NCBI GenBank assembly: GCA_965116535.1 | Contig: OZ220703.1 | Location: 2,385,464 to 2,449,463, forward strand | Source: Acidimicrobiales bacterium | Lineage (GTDB): Bacteria; Actinomycetota; Acidimicrobiia; Acidimicrobiales; Bin134 | DNA: 64,000 bases | Direction of reading: 5' to 3' | In this document: piece after piece, positions 27,878-38,615 of the stretch | Layout: the number at the start of each line of letters is the position of its first letter | Numbering within the stretch: position 1 is the first letter of the stretch | The notes under the pieces: model-generated | The model's input: only the letters and a program-made list of their open reading frames with translations | The model's database searches: none | What the model was told of the DNA's origin: nothing | Translations under genes and position numbers: made by a program

Positions 27878-29190
27878 CGGCTCGCCTCCGGGGCGCTTGG
27901 GGCCACTTGGCGCAGGCGCACGGTGTCGATGCGGTGCCTATCGACCGACTCGATCAGGAATTCCCATCCTTGAAACCGGAACACCTCTCCAGCGGTGGGG
28001 ATGCGCTGGAGGTGGTCGCTGATAAAGCCGGCCAGGGTCTCGTAGTCGCCGTCGGGCACTCGGAGGCCGGTCATATCCTCCAGCTCATCGGGGTGGATCC
28101 CAGCCTGCACCACCAGCTCGCCGGCGTCTCGGGCCACCGCAGGAGGCTCGGTGTCGTCGTGTTCGTCGGCGATCTCGCCCACGATCTCCTCCACCAGGTC
28201 TTCCTGGGTGACGATGCCCGCGGTGCCGCCGTGCTCGTCCATGACCACGGCCAGCGGACTGCGCTGGGATCTCATGTCCAGCAGCAAGGAGCGCAGGTTC
28301 CGTGTTTCAGGCACGATGAGCGGTGCCCGCATGATTTGGGTGACCGGGGTGTCGGCCCACTGCTCGGAGGGCACTTCGTACACGTTCTTGACCAGTGCCA
28401 CTCCCATCACGTCGTCGATATCGGCCCCGATAACCGGGAATCGGGAGAACCCGGTCTGGCCCGAGAGCGCCACCAGTTCGGCCACCGACTGATGGTGCTC
28501 GATGGCACTCACCGAAACCCGGGGAACCAGCACGTCGGCGGCGTCCCGTTCGGCAAAGCGGATAGCCCGCGTCAGCAGGCGGGCTCTTGCCGGCCGCATC
28601 GATCCTTCTTGACCCGAGGACCGGATCAGCCAGGCCAGCTCCTCGCGTGAGCGGGCCTCGCTGAGTTCCGCGGCAGGCTTGATGCCCAATCGGATCACGA
28701 TCCAATTGGCCGAGCCGTCCAAGAGGCGTATGAACGGCCCAGCGACGGCGGCAAAGCCCCTCATGGGAGCGGCCAAGCGCATCGAAGTGGGCAGGGGGCG
28801 GGCGATGGCCAGGGTCTTGGGCACCAGCTCCCCCAGCACCATCTGAACCACCACGGCAATGGCCAGCGCCGCAGCGATGGACAGTCCCTCGGCGGCGCCG
28901 CCGGCGATGCGATCAGCCACTGGCTCCAAGGCAGCGGCGATGGATGGGCGGGCGATGAAGCCCAACGCCAAAGACGTGACGGTGATGCCGAACTGCGCCC
29001 CGGAAAGCTGAAAGGAGAGGGATTTGAGCAGCGAAAGGGTAGATCGAGCGGCCCGCCGCCCCTTGGCGGCCAACTGCTCGATGCGAATGCGGTCCACCGC
29101 TACCAGGGCGAACTCGACGGCCACGAACACCGCGTTGGCTGCAATCAACAGTGCGGCGGCCACGAGGCCCAGGATCGTTGTTGCGTCCAT
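27874..29190 (-). CDS. CNNM/DUF21 + CBS + CorC_HlyC membrane protein
   Basis: 438 aa with DUF21, a CBS pair and a C-terminal transporter-associated domain. Confidence 0.8.
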   Translation of the reverse strand: MDATTILGLVAAALLIAANAVFVAVEFALVAVDRIRIEQLAAKGRRAARSTLSLLKSLSFQLSGAQFGITVTSLALGFIARPSIAAALEPVADRIAGGAAEGLSIAAALAIAVVVQMVLGELVPKTLAIARPLPTSMRLAAPMRGFAAVAGPFIRLLDGSANWIVIRLGIKPAAELSEARSREELAWLIRSSGQEGSMRPARARLLTRAIRFAERDAADVLVPRVSVSAIEHHQSVAELVALSGQTGFSRFPVIGADIDDVMGVALVKNVYEVPSEQWADTPVTQIMRAPLIVPETRNLRSLLLDMRSQRSPLAVVMDEHGGTAGIVTQEDLVEEIVGEIADEHDDTEPPAVARDAGELVVQAGIHPDELEDMTGLRVPDGDYETLAGFISDHLQRIPTAGEVFRFQGWEFLIESVDRHRIDTVRLRQVAPSAPEASR

Positions 29191-29240
29191 CAGCGACCGT
29201 TTTTCCTGGTCATGGCTTGGCAGCGGCCATGTTCTTTAGA

Positions 29241-29261
29241 GAGACTAAACATGTGAGTCTC
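29241..29261. promoter_or_regulatory. inverted repeat GAGACT-n9-AGTCTC over the marR start (candidate MarR operator)
   Basis: Perfect 6-bp arms at 29241-29246 and 29256-29261. The repeat spans the GTG start at 29253. Confidence 0.35.
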
Positions 29262-29708
29262 AAACAATCGCCTTCCACCGTGGCGCTGGAAGCGGCTCGG
29301 GCAGCGACGCGTCTGGCCCGCCAAGTGGCGGTAGCGCTGGGAAACCTGGACTTGTCACCCTCCCAGTATCGCCTGCTGCTGTTCCTTTCGGAAGGAAACG
29401 CGGCCGCTTCGGCTGTGGCCGGGCGGTTGGCAGTGAGCCGCCCCAGCGTGACCGCGCTGGCCGACGGGTTGGAAAAGCGGGGTTTGCTGCAACGCAAGTC
29501 CGACCCGGCCGACCGTCGCAAAGTGGCCCATGAGCTGACCGAGGCCGGACGGGAGGCGCTGGCCGCAGCCGACGCCGCAGTGGCCGAGCGGATCTCAGGT
29601 ATCGCCGCCCACCTCGATGAGCACCAGACCCATGAAGCCGTGGGCGGGCTAGCCCTCTGGAATGAGGCGCTCAACCGGCACCGCGCCGCCTTGGAGGCTC
29701 GCCCGTGA
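29253..29708 (+). CDS. MarR family transcriptional regulator
   Basis: GTG at 29253. The winged-helix core reads LSPSQYRLLLFLSEGNAAASAVAGRLAVSRPSVTALADGLEKRGLLQRKSDPADRRK. Confidence 0.75.
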   Translation: MSLKQSPSTVALEAARAATRLARQVAVALGNLDLSPSQYRLLLFLSEGNAAASAVAGRLAVSRPSVTALADGLEKRGLLQRKSDPADRRKVAHELTEAGREALAAADAAVAERISGIAAHLDEHQTHEAVGGLALWNEALNRHRAALEARP

Positions 29709-29739
29709 CTGTGGTCAAGGTCGGGGCAGAGGTGAACCG

Positions 29740-31667
<1,928 letters not shown>

Positions 31668-31668
<1 letters not shown>

Positions 31669-33566
31669 TGGGCTGGGGAGGATACTTCGGGGGCCCTCAG
31701 GCCCAGAGCGCGGCCCGCGACGCCGGGCTCCCTCACGCCGGCGTGCCCGGCAACCTGCGAGTGCAGGTGGAGGAGGTGCTGAAGAAGGAGCCGGAGTACC
31801 CCCCGGTGAATGTCGACTTCAGCCACCGCCAGCCCGCCGAACCTCCGCTTACCTTGCGCACGATGCTGTGGCCGTTCCGGCGCCAGTTGGCGGTGGCGCT
31901 ACTGCTGGTGATGATCGAGTCGGCCATGATGCAGTCGGGCCCGCTGTTGGCCCAGATCGGCATCGACAGCGGCGTCCGGTCGGGCAACGTCCGGGTGCTC
32001 TTGGTGGTGGCCGCGGTGTTCTTGAGCACGGTGGTGGCCCATGCGTTCAGCTCGTCTCTGCGCATCCGCTATACGGGCAAGCTGGGCGAGCGGCTGATGT
32101 ACGCCCTGCGGATGCGAGTGTTCTCCCATTACCAGCGGCTGTCGCTGGACTTCTTCACCAGGGAGAAGGCGGGCGTTTTGATGACCCGCATGACCAGCGA
32201 CATCGAGGCCTTGACCGTGCTGTTCCAAGAGGGCATGGTGAACTTCGCAGTGCAAACGCTGGTGCTCATGGTGATCACCGGCATCTTGTTCTACCTGAAC
32301 CCGCTGCTGGCGGTGCTGACCCTGGTGATAGTGGTGCCGGGCACGTTCCTGCTCAGCATCTGGTTCAGGAGGGTGTCCAACCTGTACTACGGGCTGGTTC
32401 GAGACCGCATCGCCGATGTGCTGGCCGACTTGCAGGAGAGCCTGGCCGGCATCCGGGTGATCACGGCCCACAACCGCCGACGCCACAACGTGGTGAACCA
32501 CACCAACGTGGTGGGGCGCCACAAAGACGCCAACTTGGCCGGTGTGAAGGCGGCGTCGATCTATGCCCCCACCACTGAGGCCATAGTGATCATCGGCCAG
32601 GCCCTGTTGGTGGTGATCGGCGGGACCATGGTGATCAACGGGAGCCTTACTCCCGGTGAGCTCACCGCCTTCGTGCTGTATCTGACCTTCTTCTTTGCCC
32701 CCATCCAGCAGCTTGTGCAGCTTTACAACGGCTATCAGCAGGGGCAGGCTTCGGCCAAGAAGCTGCGCGAGGTGCTGATGAACGAGCCCTCGGTAATCGA
32801 GGCCCCCGATGCGGTTGACCTGCCCCCCATCGAGGGCGAGATCACGCTCGAACAGGTGAGCTTCGGCTATGAGGACGACACCCCGGTGCTGCACGACGTG
32901 AGCCTGCGGCTGGCGCCGGGCGAGAGCCTGGCGGTGGTGGGGCCCACCGGGGCGGGCAAGTCCACGGTGGCCAAGCTCATCGCCCGGTTCTACGACCCCC
33001 AGCAGGGAACGGTCTGCATCGATGGCTGCGACCTGCGCTCCGTGACGCTGGCGTCATTGCGCAGGCAACTGGGTGTGGTGCCCCAGGAGCCGTTTTTGTT
33101 CTACGGCTCGATTCGGGACAACGTGGCCTTCGCCCGGCCTGAGGCATCGATGGCCGAGGTATTGGAGGCCTGCCGGGTGGTGGGGCTGACCGAGCTGTTG
33201 GAGCGGCTGCCCGACGACGTGAACACTCAGGTCCACGAACGGGGGGCGTCGCTGTCGGCCGGCGAGCGACAGCTTCTGGCGCTGGCCCGGGCATTTCTGG
33301 CCCGACCCCGGGTGCTGGTGCTGGACGAGGCCACGTCGAACTTGGACCTGCGGTCGGAGTCCAAGATTGAGGCCGCCCTTGATGTGGTGCTGGACGGGCG
33401 GACCGCCATCATCATCGCCCATCGGCTGGCCACCGCCATGCGGGCCGACCGAATCGCGGTGGTGGAAGACGGCCGGATCACCGAGATCGGCACCCACGAC
33501 GAGTTGGTGGCCCAAGGCGGCCATTACGCCGAGATGTACGCCACCTGGATGGCCCACGCCAACTGA
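31668..33566 (+). CDS. ABC exporter, fused permease/ATPase (partner half-transporter)
   Basis: 632 aa with GPTGAGKST, LSAGERQLLALAR and LVLDEATS. Its start overlaps the stop of the previous gene. Confidence 0.85.
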
Positions 33567-33571
33567 CCACC

Positions 33572-34369
33572 ATGGGCAGCCGGGGGCAGACTTTGGCGCT
33601 GCGGTTGGCCGGGGTGGGTTTCACCCGCGACCAGCGGCCGATCCTCTCCGACGTGGACTGGGAGGTGGCGTGCGACCAGCGCTGGGTGGTGCTGGGGGCC
33701 AACGGCAGCGGCAAGACCTCGCTGTTGCGGATCGCCGCGCTGTACGAGCACCCCACTACGGGGACAGTTGAAGTGCTGGGCAACCGGCTGGGCCAAGTGG
33801 ACGTGCGCCGAATGCGGCACCAGGTGGGGTTCGTGTCGCCCGCTCTGGCCCAAATGCTGCGGCCCAATCTGAAGGCGGTCGACGTGGTGATGACCGCCCG
33901 CCACGGGGCGTTGGAGCCGTGGTGGCACGAATACACCGACTCCGATCGAGAGCGGGCCGTGCGGTTGCTGGAACAGGTGGGAGCGGGGGGACTGGGCGAC
34001 CGCACCATCGCCACCTTGTCGTCGGGCGAGCGCCAGCGGGTGCAGATTGCCCGCAGCCTGATGACCGACCCCGGCCTGGTGCTGCTGGACGAGCCCGCCT
34101 CCACCCTGGACTTGGGCGGCCGGGAGATGCTGGTGGCCGACCTCACCCGCCTGGCCACCAACCCCGTCGCCCCTCCCCTGGTGATGGTCACCCACCGCAC
34201 CGAGGAAATCCCCGCCGGCTTCACCCACGGTCTGCTACTGCGGGACGGCCGGGTTCTGGCCCAAGGCCCTCTGGAGGACGTGCTGACCTCCGAATCCCTG
34301 TCGGCTTGCTTCGACCTCCCCCTGGAACTAGAGCACCGCAACGGCCGCTGGCACTCCCAAGCTCGTTGA
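33572..34369 (+). CDS. stand-alone ABC ATP-binding protein
   Basis: 265 aa with GANGSGKTS, LSSGERQRVQIARSL and LLDEPAS. Confidence 0.8.
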   Translation: MGSRGQTLALRLAGVGFTRDQRPILSDVDWEVACDQRWVVLGANGSGKTSLLRIAALYEHPTTGTVEVLGNRLGQVDVRRMRHQVGFVSPALAQMLRPNLKAVDVVMTARHGALEPWWHEYTDSDRERAVRLLEQVGAGGLGDRTIATLSSGERQRVQIARSLMTDPGLVLLDEPASTLDLGGREMLVADLTRLATNPVAPPLVMVTHRTEEIPAGFTHGLLLRDGRVLAQGPLEDVLTSESLSACFDLPLELEHRNGRWHSQAR

Positions 34370-34395
34370 TTCTACTGACACGCTGCCGATATAAT
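34366..34395 (+). promoter_or_regulatory. sigma-70-type promoter candidate (TTGATT - 18 bp - TATAAT)
   Basis: A perfect TATAAT lies at 34390-34395 with a -35-like TTGATT at 34366-34371. The RBS GAGGAG at 34429-34434 is 5 nt upstream of the ATG at 34440. Confidence 0.5.
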
Positions 34396-34439
34396 CGCCT
34401 CAAACTTCCCCCATGTGCTGAGTCCTTTGAGGAGAACTC

Positions 34440-34901
34440 ATGGAACAAGCCCTACTCGCCATGCAGGGGATCACCATTACCCTGATTTTCTACCTAGACC
34501 GCGTCCGCCGCGCCGACAACGCTCAGATTCGGAGGGACATGAATGAGAACACTGCCCAGATCCGAGGAGAGATGCGGGACGGCAACGTCCAGATCCGCCA
34601 GGAAACGAGCGACGGTTTCAAGGAAGCGCGTGCCGAAAATGGCAAGCTCCGCGACCACATGAACGACGGTTTCAAGGAAGCGCGTGCCGAAAATGGCCAG
34701 TTCCTTGACGACATGAACGACGGTTTCAAGGAAGCGCGTGCCGAAAATGGCAAGCTCCGCGACGACATGAACGACGGCTTCAAGCAGGTTCACACCCGGC
34801 TCGACAAGCTCACCGATGTCGTCATGGACCTGTGCCGCAGAGTGGGCCGGATAGAAGGCCGGACCGAGGCGTCGGAGAGAAAGCCCGACACTGCTCAATA
34901 G
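34440..34901 (+). CDS. single-pass membrane protein with 18-aa tandem repeats (MNDGFKEARAENGKLRDD)
   Basis: 153 aa with a strong RBS and an N-terminal hydrophobic helix (LLAMQGITITLIFYL). The in-frame 54-bp repeats are followed by a C-terminal RVGRIEGRT motif. Confidence 0.6.
   Translation: MEQALLAMQGITITLIFYLDRVRRADNAQIRRDMNENTAQIRGEMRDGNVQIRQETSDGFKEARAENGKLRDHMNDGFKEARAENGQFLDDMNDGFKEARAENGKLRDDMNDGFKQVHTRLDKLTDVVMDLCRRVGRIEGRTEASERKPDTAQ
34611..34784 (+). repeat. 54-bp tandem repeat, 3 full copies plus a partial 4th
   Basis: Copies are at 34611-34664, 34665-34718 and 34719-34772, with a partial copy from 34773. Copies 1 and 3 differ at a single base. The period equals 18 codons. Confidence 0.9.
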
Positions 34902-34962
34902 CTGTGGCCCCCGGGGGAAGCATCTCCGCGAAACTGTCACTGCTGCGAGGTAACTTCGATAG

Positions 34963-36351
34963 GTGGATTCCGCGCGGCGTCGGCAACCAACGGCGACCTC
35001 AAATTTCGGGGTGAGCCGACGGGAGGGGCATGATTCCTCCGCGTTCTACAACCGGTTTCCGGTGCCGGAGATCAGCGAGGACGATGAGGTTTCCCCTCCG
35101 GCCTGCATAGACCGACTCTGGGTGGGCGATGCCCGCAAGATGGACCTGACTGGTGACATTGCCGGCAACTCAGTGGCGCTGGTGGTGACCTCCCCGCCTT
35201 ATTTCGTGGGCAAGGAATACGAGGAAGCAGTCGGCCAAGGCCACATCCCCGCCGACTATGTGGACTTCCTCGCCATGCTGGAAGAAGTGTTCGCCGAATG
35301 CGCACGCAAGCTGGAACCTGGCGGGCGCATTGCCGTGAACGTGGCCAACCTGGGCCGCCGCCCGTATCGATCCCTGTCGGCCGACGTGACCTCCATACTC
35401 CAAGACCGACTCGGATTGCTGCTGCGAGGCGAGATCATCTGGCACAAGGCCCGGGGTGCAGGAGGCAACTGCGCCTGGGGAAGCTTCCAACAGCCGAGCA
35501 ACCCAGTGGTTCGCGATCTCACCGAGAGAGTGGTCATCGCCTCCAAGGGGCGATTCGACCGAGCGCTGCCCGCCGCCGAGCGGGCAGCCCAGGGACTGCC
35601 GTCGGAGGGCACCATCTCGGTGGACGAGTTCATGGAGGCCACCACCGACGTGTGGGAGATTCCCGCTGAGTCGGCCACCAGGGTCGGCCATCCTGCGCCA
35701 TTCCCGGTGGAACTGCCCCTGCGGTTGATCGAGCTCTACACCTACCGGGGTGATCTAGTGCTCGATCCATTCATGGGTGCCGGGTCGACGGCAGTGGCTG
35801 CGGTTCGAACCGGGAGGCACTTTGTCGGATTCGACACCGATCCCGAGTACGTTTCCGTTGCCGAGCAGCGCATTGCCGAAGAGCGGGAACGGCCAAACGC
35901 CGCTAGGGTTGACCACTCTTCCAGGCCAGATGTGGGCAAGGCGAGGGATTTGGCCCGAGAAGTGCTGGTTTCCAGCGGCTTTCAAGACATCGGCGAGAAA
36001 GTCCGCCGTTCTTGCGGAATCGAGGTCGATTTCAAGGCCGTAGATCAGCAAGGGCAGACCTGGCTATTCGACGTGGCCTGTGCGTTCAGCATCACCCAAC
36101 GGCCGGGGCTTCGCCGTACAGACACGCTATGGAGGGCCCTGGGCAGGGCGGCTGTGCTGCACTCAACTGAGCCGGAGGCCCGGTTGGTGCTGTTGACCAC
36201 CGATCGTCCTGCACCAAACAGCGCAGGACATCGAGCGCTTGAAGCAGTCACCGGGGATGGCAAACCGGTCTACGAAGTGATCGAGATGCTCGACCTCGGC
36301 GACGTGCAGCGTCTCGCCGCTTTGGCCCACTCGGGCCAACACGATGCTTGA
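34963..36351 (+). CDS. beta-class N4/N6 DNA methyltransferase (SPPY motif) with an extra ~135-aa C-terminal domain
   Basis: 462 aa. Motif IV VVTSPPYFVGKEYEE precedes motif I LDPFMGAGSTAVAA, which is the beta-class order. After ...EYVSVAEQRIAEERER there is an additional uncharacterised domain. Confidence 0.8.
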   Translation: MDSARRRQPTATSNFGVSRREGHDSSAFYNRFPVPEISEDDEVSPPACIDRLWVGDARKMDLTGDIAGNSVALVVTSPPYFVGKEYEEAVGQGHIPADYVDFLAMLEEVFAECARKLEPGGRIAVNVANLGRRPYRSLSADVTSILQDRLGLLLRGEIIWHKARGAGGNCAWGSFQQPSNPVVRDLTERVVIASKGRFDRALPAAERAAQGLPSEGTISVDEFMEATTDVWEIPAESATRVGHPAPFPVELPLRLIELYTYRGDLVLDPFMGAGSTAVAAVRTGRHFVGFDTDPEYVSVAEQRIAEERERPNAARVDHSSRPDVGKARDLAREVLVSSGFQDIGEKVRRSCGIEVDFKAVDQQGQTWLFDVACAFSITQRPGLRRTDTLWRALGRAAVLHSTEPEARLVLLTTDRPAPNSAGHRALEAVTGDGKPVYEVIEMLDLGDVQRLAALAHSGQHDA

Positions 36352-36429
36352 TTGCCAGCAATCGGAAACCAAATGTAAGGTGGCAGCAAATCTTCCCCCT
36401 TTGACCCCTTTCGTTGAAGGAAATGGAAC

Positions 36430-36762
36430 ATGCAAGCTGCGTTCGTAACGCTCATTGGAGTGATGGGTGCCGGAATTATCTCTGTGTTCATCCAGTCCAT
36501 GCGCATGATGGGCACCAAGGTGGACCGCCTCGAGTCAGCTGTCGAAAAGGTCCTTAACGGGTTGCACGCCCTGGATATCAAGTTCACCGGCCTTTCTGGC
36601 GAGGTTCAGGCCTTGGACGCCAAAGTCACCGGCCTTTCTGGCGAGGTTCAGGCCTTGGACGCCAAAGTCACCGGCCTTACTGGCGAGGTTCAGGCCCAAG
36701 GTGAGCGCTTAGCCCGGATCGAGACCCATTTGAATATCGATCCCCCGGCAGAAGCCGCTTAG
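36430..36762 (+). CDS. single-pass membrane protein with 14-aa tandem repeats (TGLSGEVQALDAKV)
   Basis: 110 aa with RBS GAAGGAAA at 36416-36423 and an N-terminal TM (FVTLIGVMGAGIISVFI). The in-frame 42-bp repeats are followed by a C-terminal RLARIETHL motif. Confidence 0.6.
   Translation: MQAAFVTLIGVMGAGIISVFIQSMRMMGTKVDRLESAVEKVLNGLHALDIKFTGLSGEVQALDAKVTGLSGEVQALDAKVTGLTGEVQAQGERLARIETHLNIDPPAEAA
36586..36697 (+). repeat. 42-bp tandem repeat, 2 identical copies plus a diverged 3rd
   Basis: 36586-36627 and 36628-36669 are identical. The third copy, from 36670, diverges after about 27 nt. The period equals 14 codons. Confidence 0.9.
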
Positions 36763-36814
36763 AGAATCAGGCCTGCCCGACGACGGCGTCAAATTCCTGG
36801 GCCTTCTGAATCTC
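36762..36814. terminator. imperfect long hairpin between convergent genes
   Basis: gagaatcaggcc ... ggccttctgaatctc encloses an inner gacg-acgg-cgtc hairpin. It lies between the stop of the repeat-protein gene (36762) and the stop of the permease gene (36815). Confidence 0.35.
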
Positions 36815-37771
36815 CTATAGGGAGATAACTTGGCCGCCTTGTTGGGTGGCTTGCCAGCGGAGGGCTTTGCGCTCGGCGAAGCCGATGCCGCCGTTCATGA
36901 TCAGCGCGATCAGCGCCAGGATGAACACGATGGCGAAGGTGTCGCCGTAGGAGAGCTGGTTGGCCGCGGTGATGAGACGCTGGCCTAGGCCGCGCCGGGC
37001 CGAGAAGATCTCGCCGAACACCACCGCCAGCACCGAGATCACCGCCGCTAGCCGCAGCGCGCCGAACACCGCCGGCGTGATGCCGGGCAGCGTGACCTTG
37101 GTAAAGAGCTGGCGTTGGGACGCACCCATGGTGCGGGCCACCAGGTCCAAGTCGGGATCAACCAGCGCCACTGCGGCCTGGGTGGGCACCTGCACGATGA
37201 AGAACACGATGATCACGGCCAAGACCACCTTGGAGGTCTCGCCCACGCCGTACACGATCAGGATCAGCGGCAAAAAGGCGATCTTGGGCATGGCGTTGAT
37301 GATGACGATGAAGGGTCCCATGGTCTTGGCCACCCGCCGGAAGCGCCCGAGGACGATGCCGACGAGGAGCCCAAGAACTGAGCCGATGGCGAATCCGAAC
37401 AATGCCTCTTTCACCGTGACCCAGAGGTCCTGCCAGAACAGCTTCTCGTGGTAAATCTGGGTGAAGTATTCCCAGGTTTCTCCCGGACTGGCCCGAAATG
37501 TCTCGGGCACGTCTGGGAAGGGTGTGATACCGGCAATCGAAAACGCGTCCCAGCCATTCCAGACAACTTCGTAGTGCCACAGGGCCCAGATTCCGAACAA
37601 GATCGCGATCCGCAAGATCTGGACCGGGATGTCGAGACGGCGAAGCCGGTAGGCCCAAATGGACTCCTCGGGAATCAGAGCCTCTACCTCTTCCTGGCTG
37701 AGGGCGTCGGCCAACCTGATCTGGTCGGCCATGTCGGCTTCCCGGGGCTCGTCTACGTCAGACGATCTCAC
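36815..37771 (-). CDS. ABC transporter permease, NitT/TauT (nitrate/sulfonate/bicarbonate) family
   Basis: 318 aa with a BPD_transp_1-like 6-TM core. Confidence 0.85.
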   Translation of the reverse strand: MRSSDVDEPREADMADQIRLADALSQEEVEALIPEESIWAYRLRRLDIPVQILRIAILFGIWALWHYEVVWNGWDAFSIAGITPFPDVPETFRASPGETWEYFTQIYHEKLFWQDLWVTVKEALFGFAIGSVLGLLVGIVLGRFRRVAKTMGPFIVIINAMPKIAFLPLILIVYGVGETSKVVLAVIIVFFIVQVPTQAAVALVDPDLDLVARTMGASQRQLFTKVTLPGITPAVFGALRLAAVISVLAVVFGEIFSARRGLGQRLITAANQLSYGDTFAIVFILALIALIMNGGIGFAERKALRWQATQQGGQVISL

Positions 37772-38534
37772 CGCGCAACTCCTCCCAAATCTTGTGCTCG
37801 GTCTCCCGGAACACTGGGTCGAAGCGGAGTTCGTCGATCACCCGGGGCCGGGCCAGATCGACCATGGTGTCCGACTTGATTCGGCCGGGGCGGGCGGTCA
37901 TCACCACCACCCGGTCGGCCAATAGCACGGCCTCTTCCAGGTCGTGGGTCACGAAGATGACCGTCTTATGGGTCTCGTACCAGAGTTCCAGGAACTCGGC
38001 CTGGACGGTGAGACGGGTCTGGGCGTCGAGGGCGCCAAAGGGCTCGTCCATGAGCCACAAGTCGGGGTCGATGGCCAGGGTGCGGGCGATGGCCACCCGC
38101 TGGCGCATGCCCTGGCTGAGCTGGGACGGGAACGAGTCGGCGAAGCCCTCCAAGCGCAGCTTGGCCAGGAGCGCCATGGCCCGCTCCCGCCGCTCTCCCC
38201 GGGGCACGCCCCTGAACTCAAGCCCAAGCTCGACATTGCGGCGAGCGGTTCGCCACGGGCTCAAACCAGAGCGGGCCAGCATGTAGCCGATGTCGTCGCT
38301 GGGGCCGTCGATTTCTTTGCCGTGGCGCATAACCGATCCCCGGGTGGCGCCGATGATCCCGGCCAGCATGTTCAATATGGTGGTCTTGCCGCAGCCGCTA
38401 GGGCCGACCACGGCCACAAACTGGCCAGCGGGAATGGAGAGATTGATGTCCTGGACGGCGAGCACCGGCTCGTCTTTAGGGTGATCCCCCCCAAATATGA
38501 GGGTGACATCTCTGAGACTGACTGCTGGACTCAC
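37758..38534 (-). CDS. ABC transporter ATP-binding protein, SsuB/TauB-like
   Basis: 258 aa with GPSGCGKTT, LSQGMRQRVAIAR and WLMDEPFGALD. The start is a GTG preceded by GGTGGAG. Confidence 0.9.
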   Translation of the reverse strand: MSPAVSLRDVTLIFGGDHPKDEPVLAVQDINLSIPAGQFVAVVGPSGCGKTTILNMLAGIIGATRGSVMRHGKEIDGPSDDIGYMLARSGLSPWRTARRNVELGLEFRGVPRGERRERAMALLAKLRLEGFADSFPSQLSQGMRQRVAIARTLAIDPDLWLMDEPFGALDAQTRLTVQAEFLELWYETHKTVIFVTHDLEEAVLLADRVVVMTARPGRIKSDTMVDLARPRVIDELRFDPVFRETEHKIWEELRGEIV

Positions 38535-38615
38535 GACTCCACCATTCGGACACCTTAGTCAGCCCCTCCGGTCGGGCGACCTGATCACAGGCCGCCCGAC
38601 CAGTAGAGGGGTGTG

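Noticed and set aside
34370-36815. Prophage remnant or integrative element explanation for the methyltransferase island
   Set aside because: I could find no integrase, recombinase, transposase or phage structural ORF, no flanking tRNA and no obvious direct repeats at the borders. I therefore keep it only as an 'island of unknown origin' rather than calling it a mobile element.
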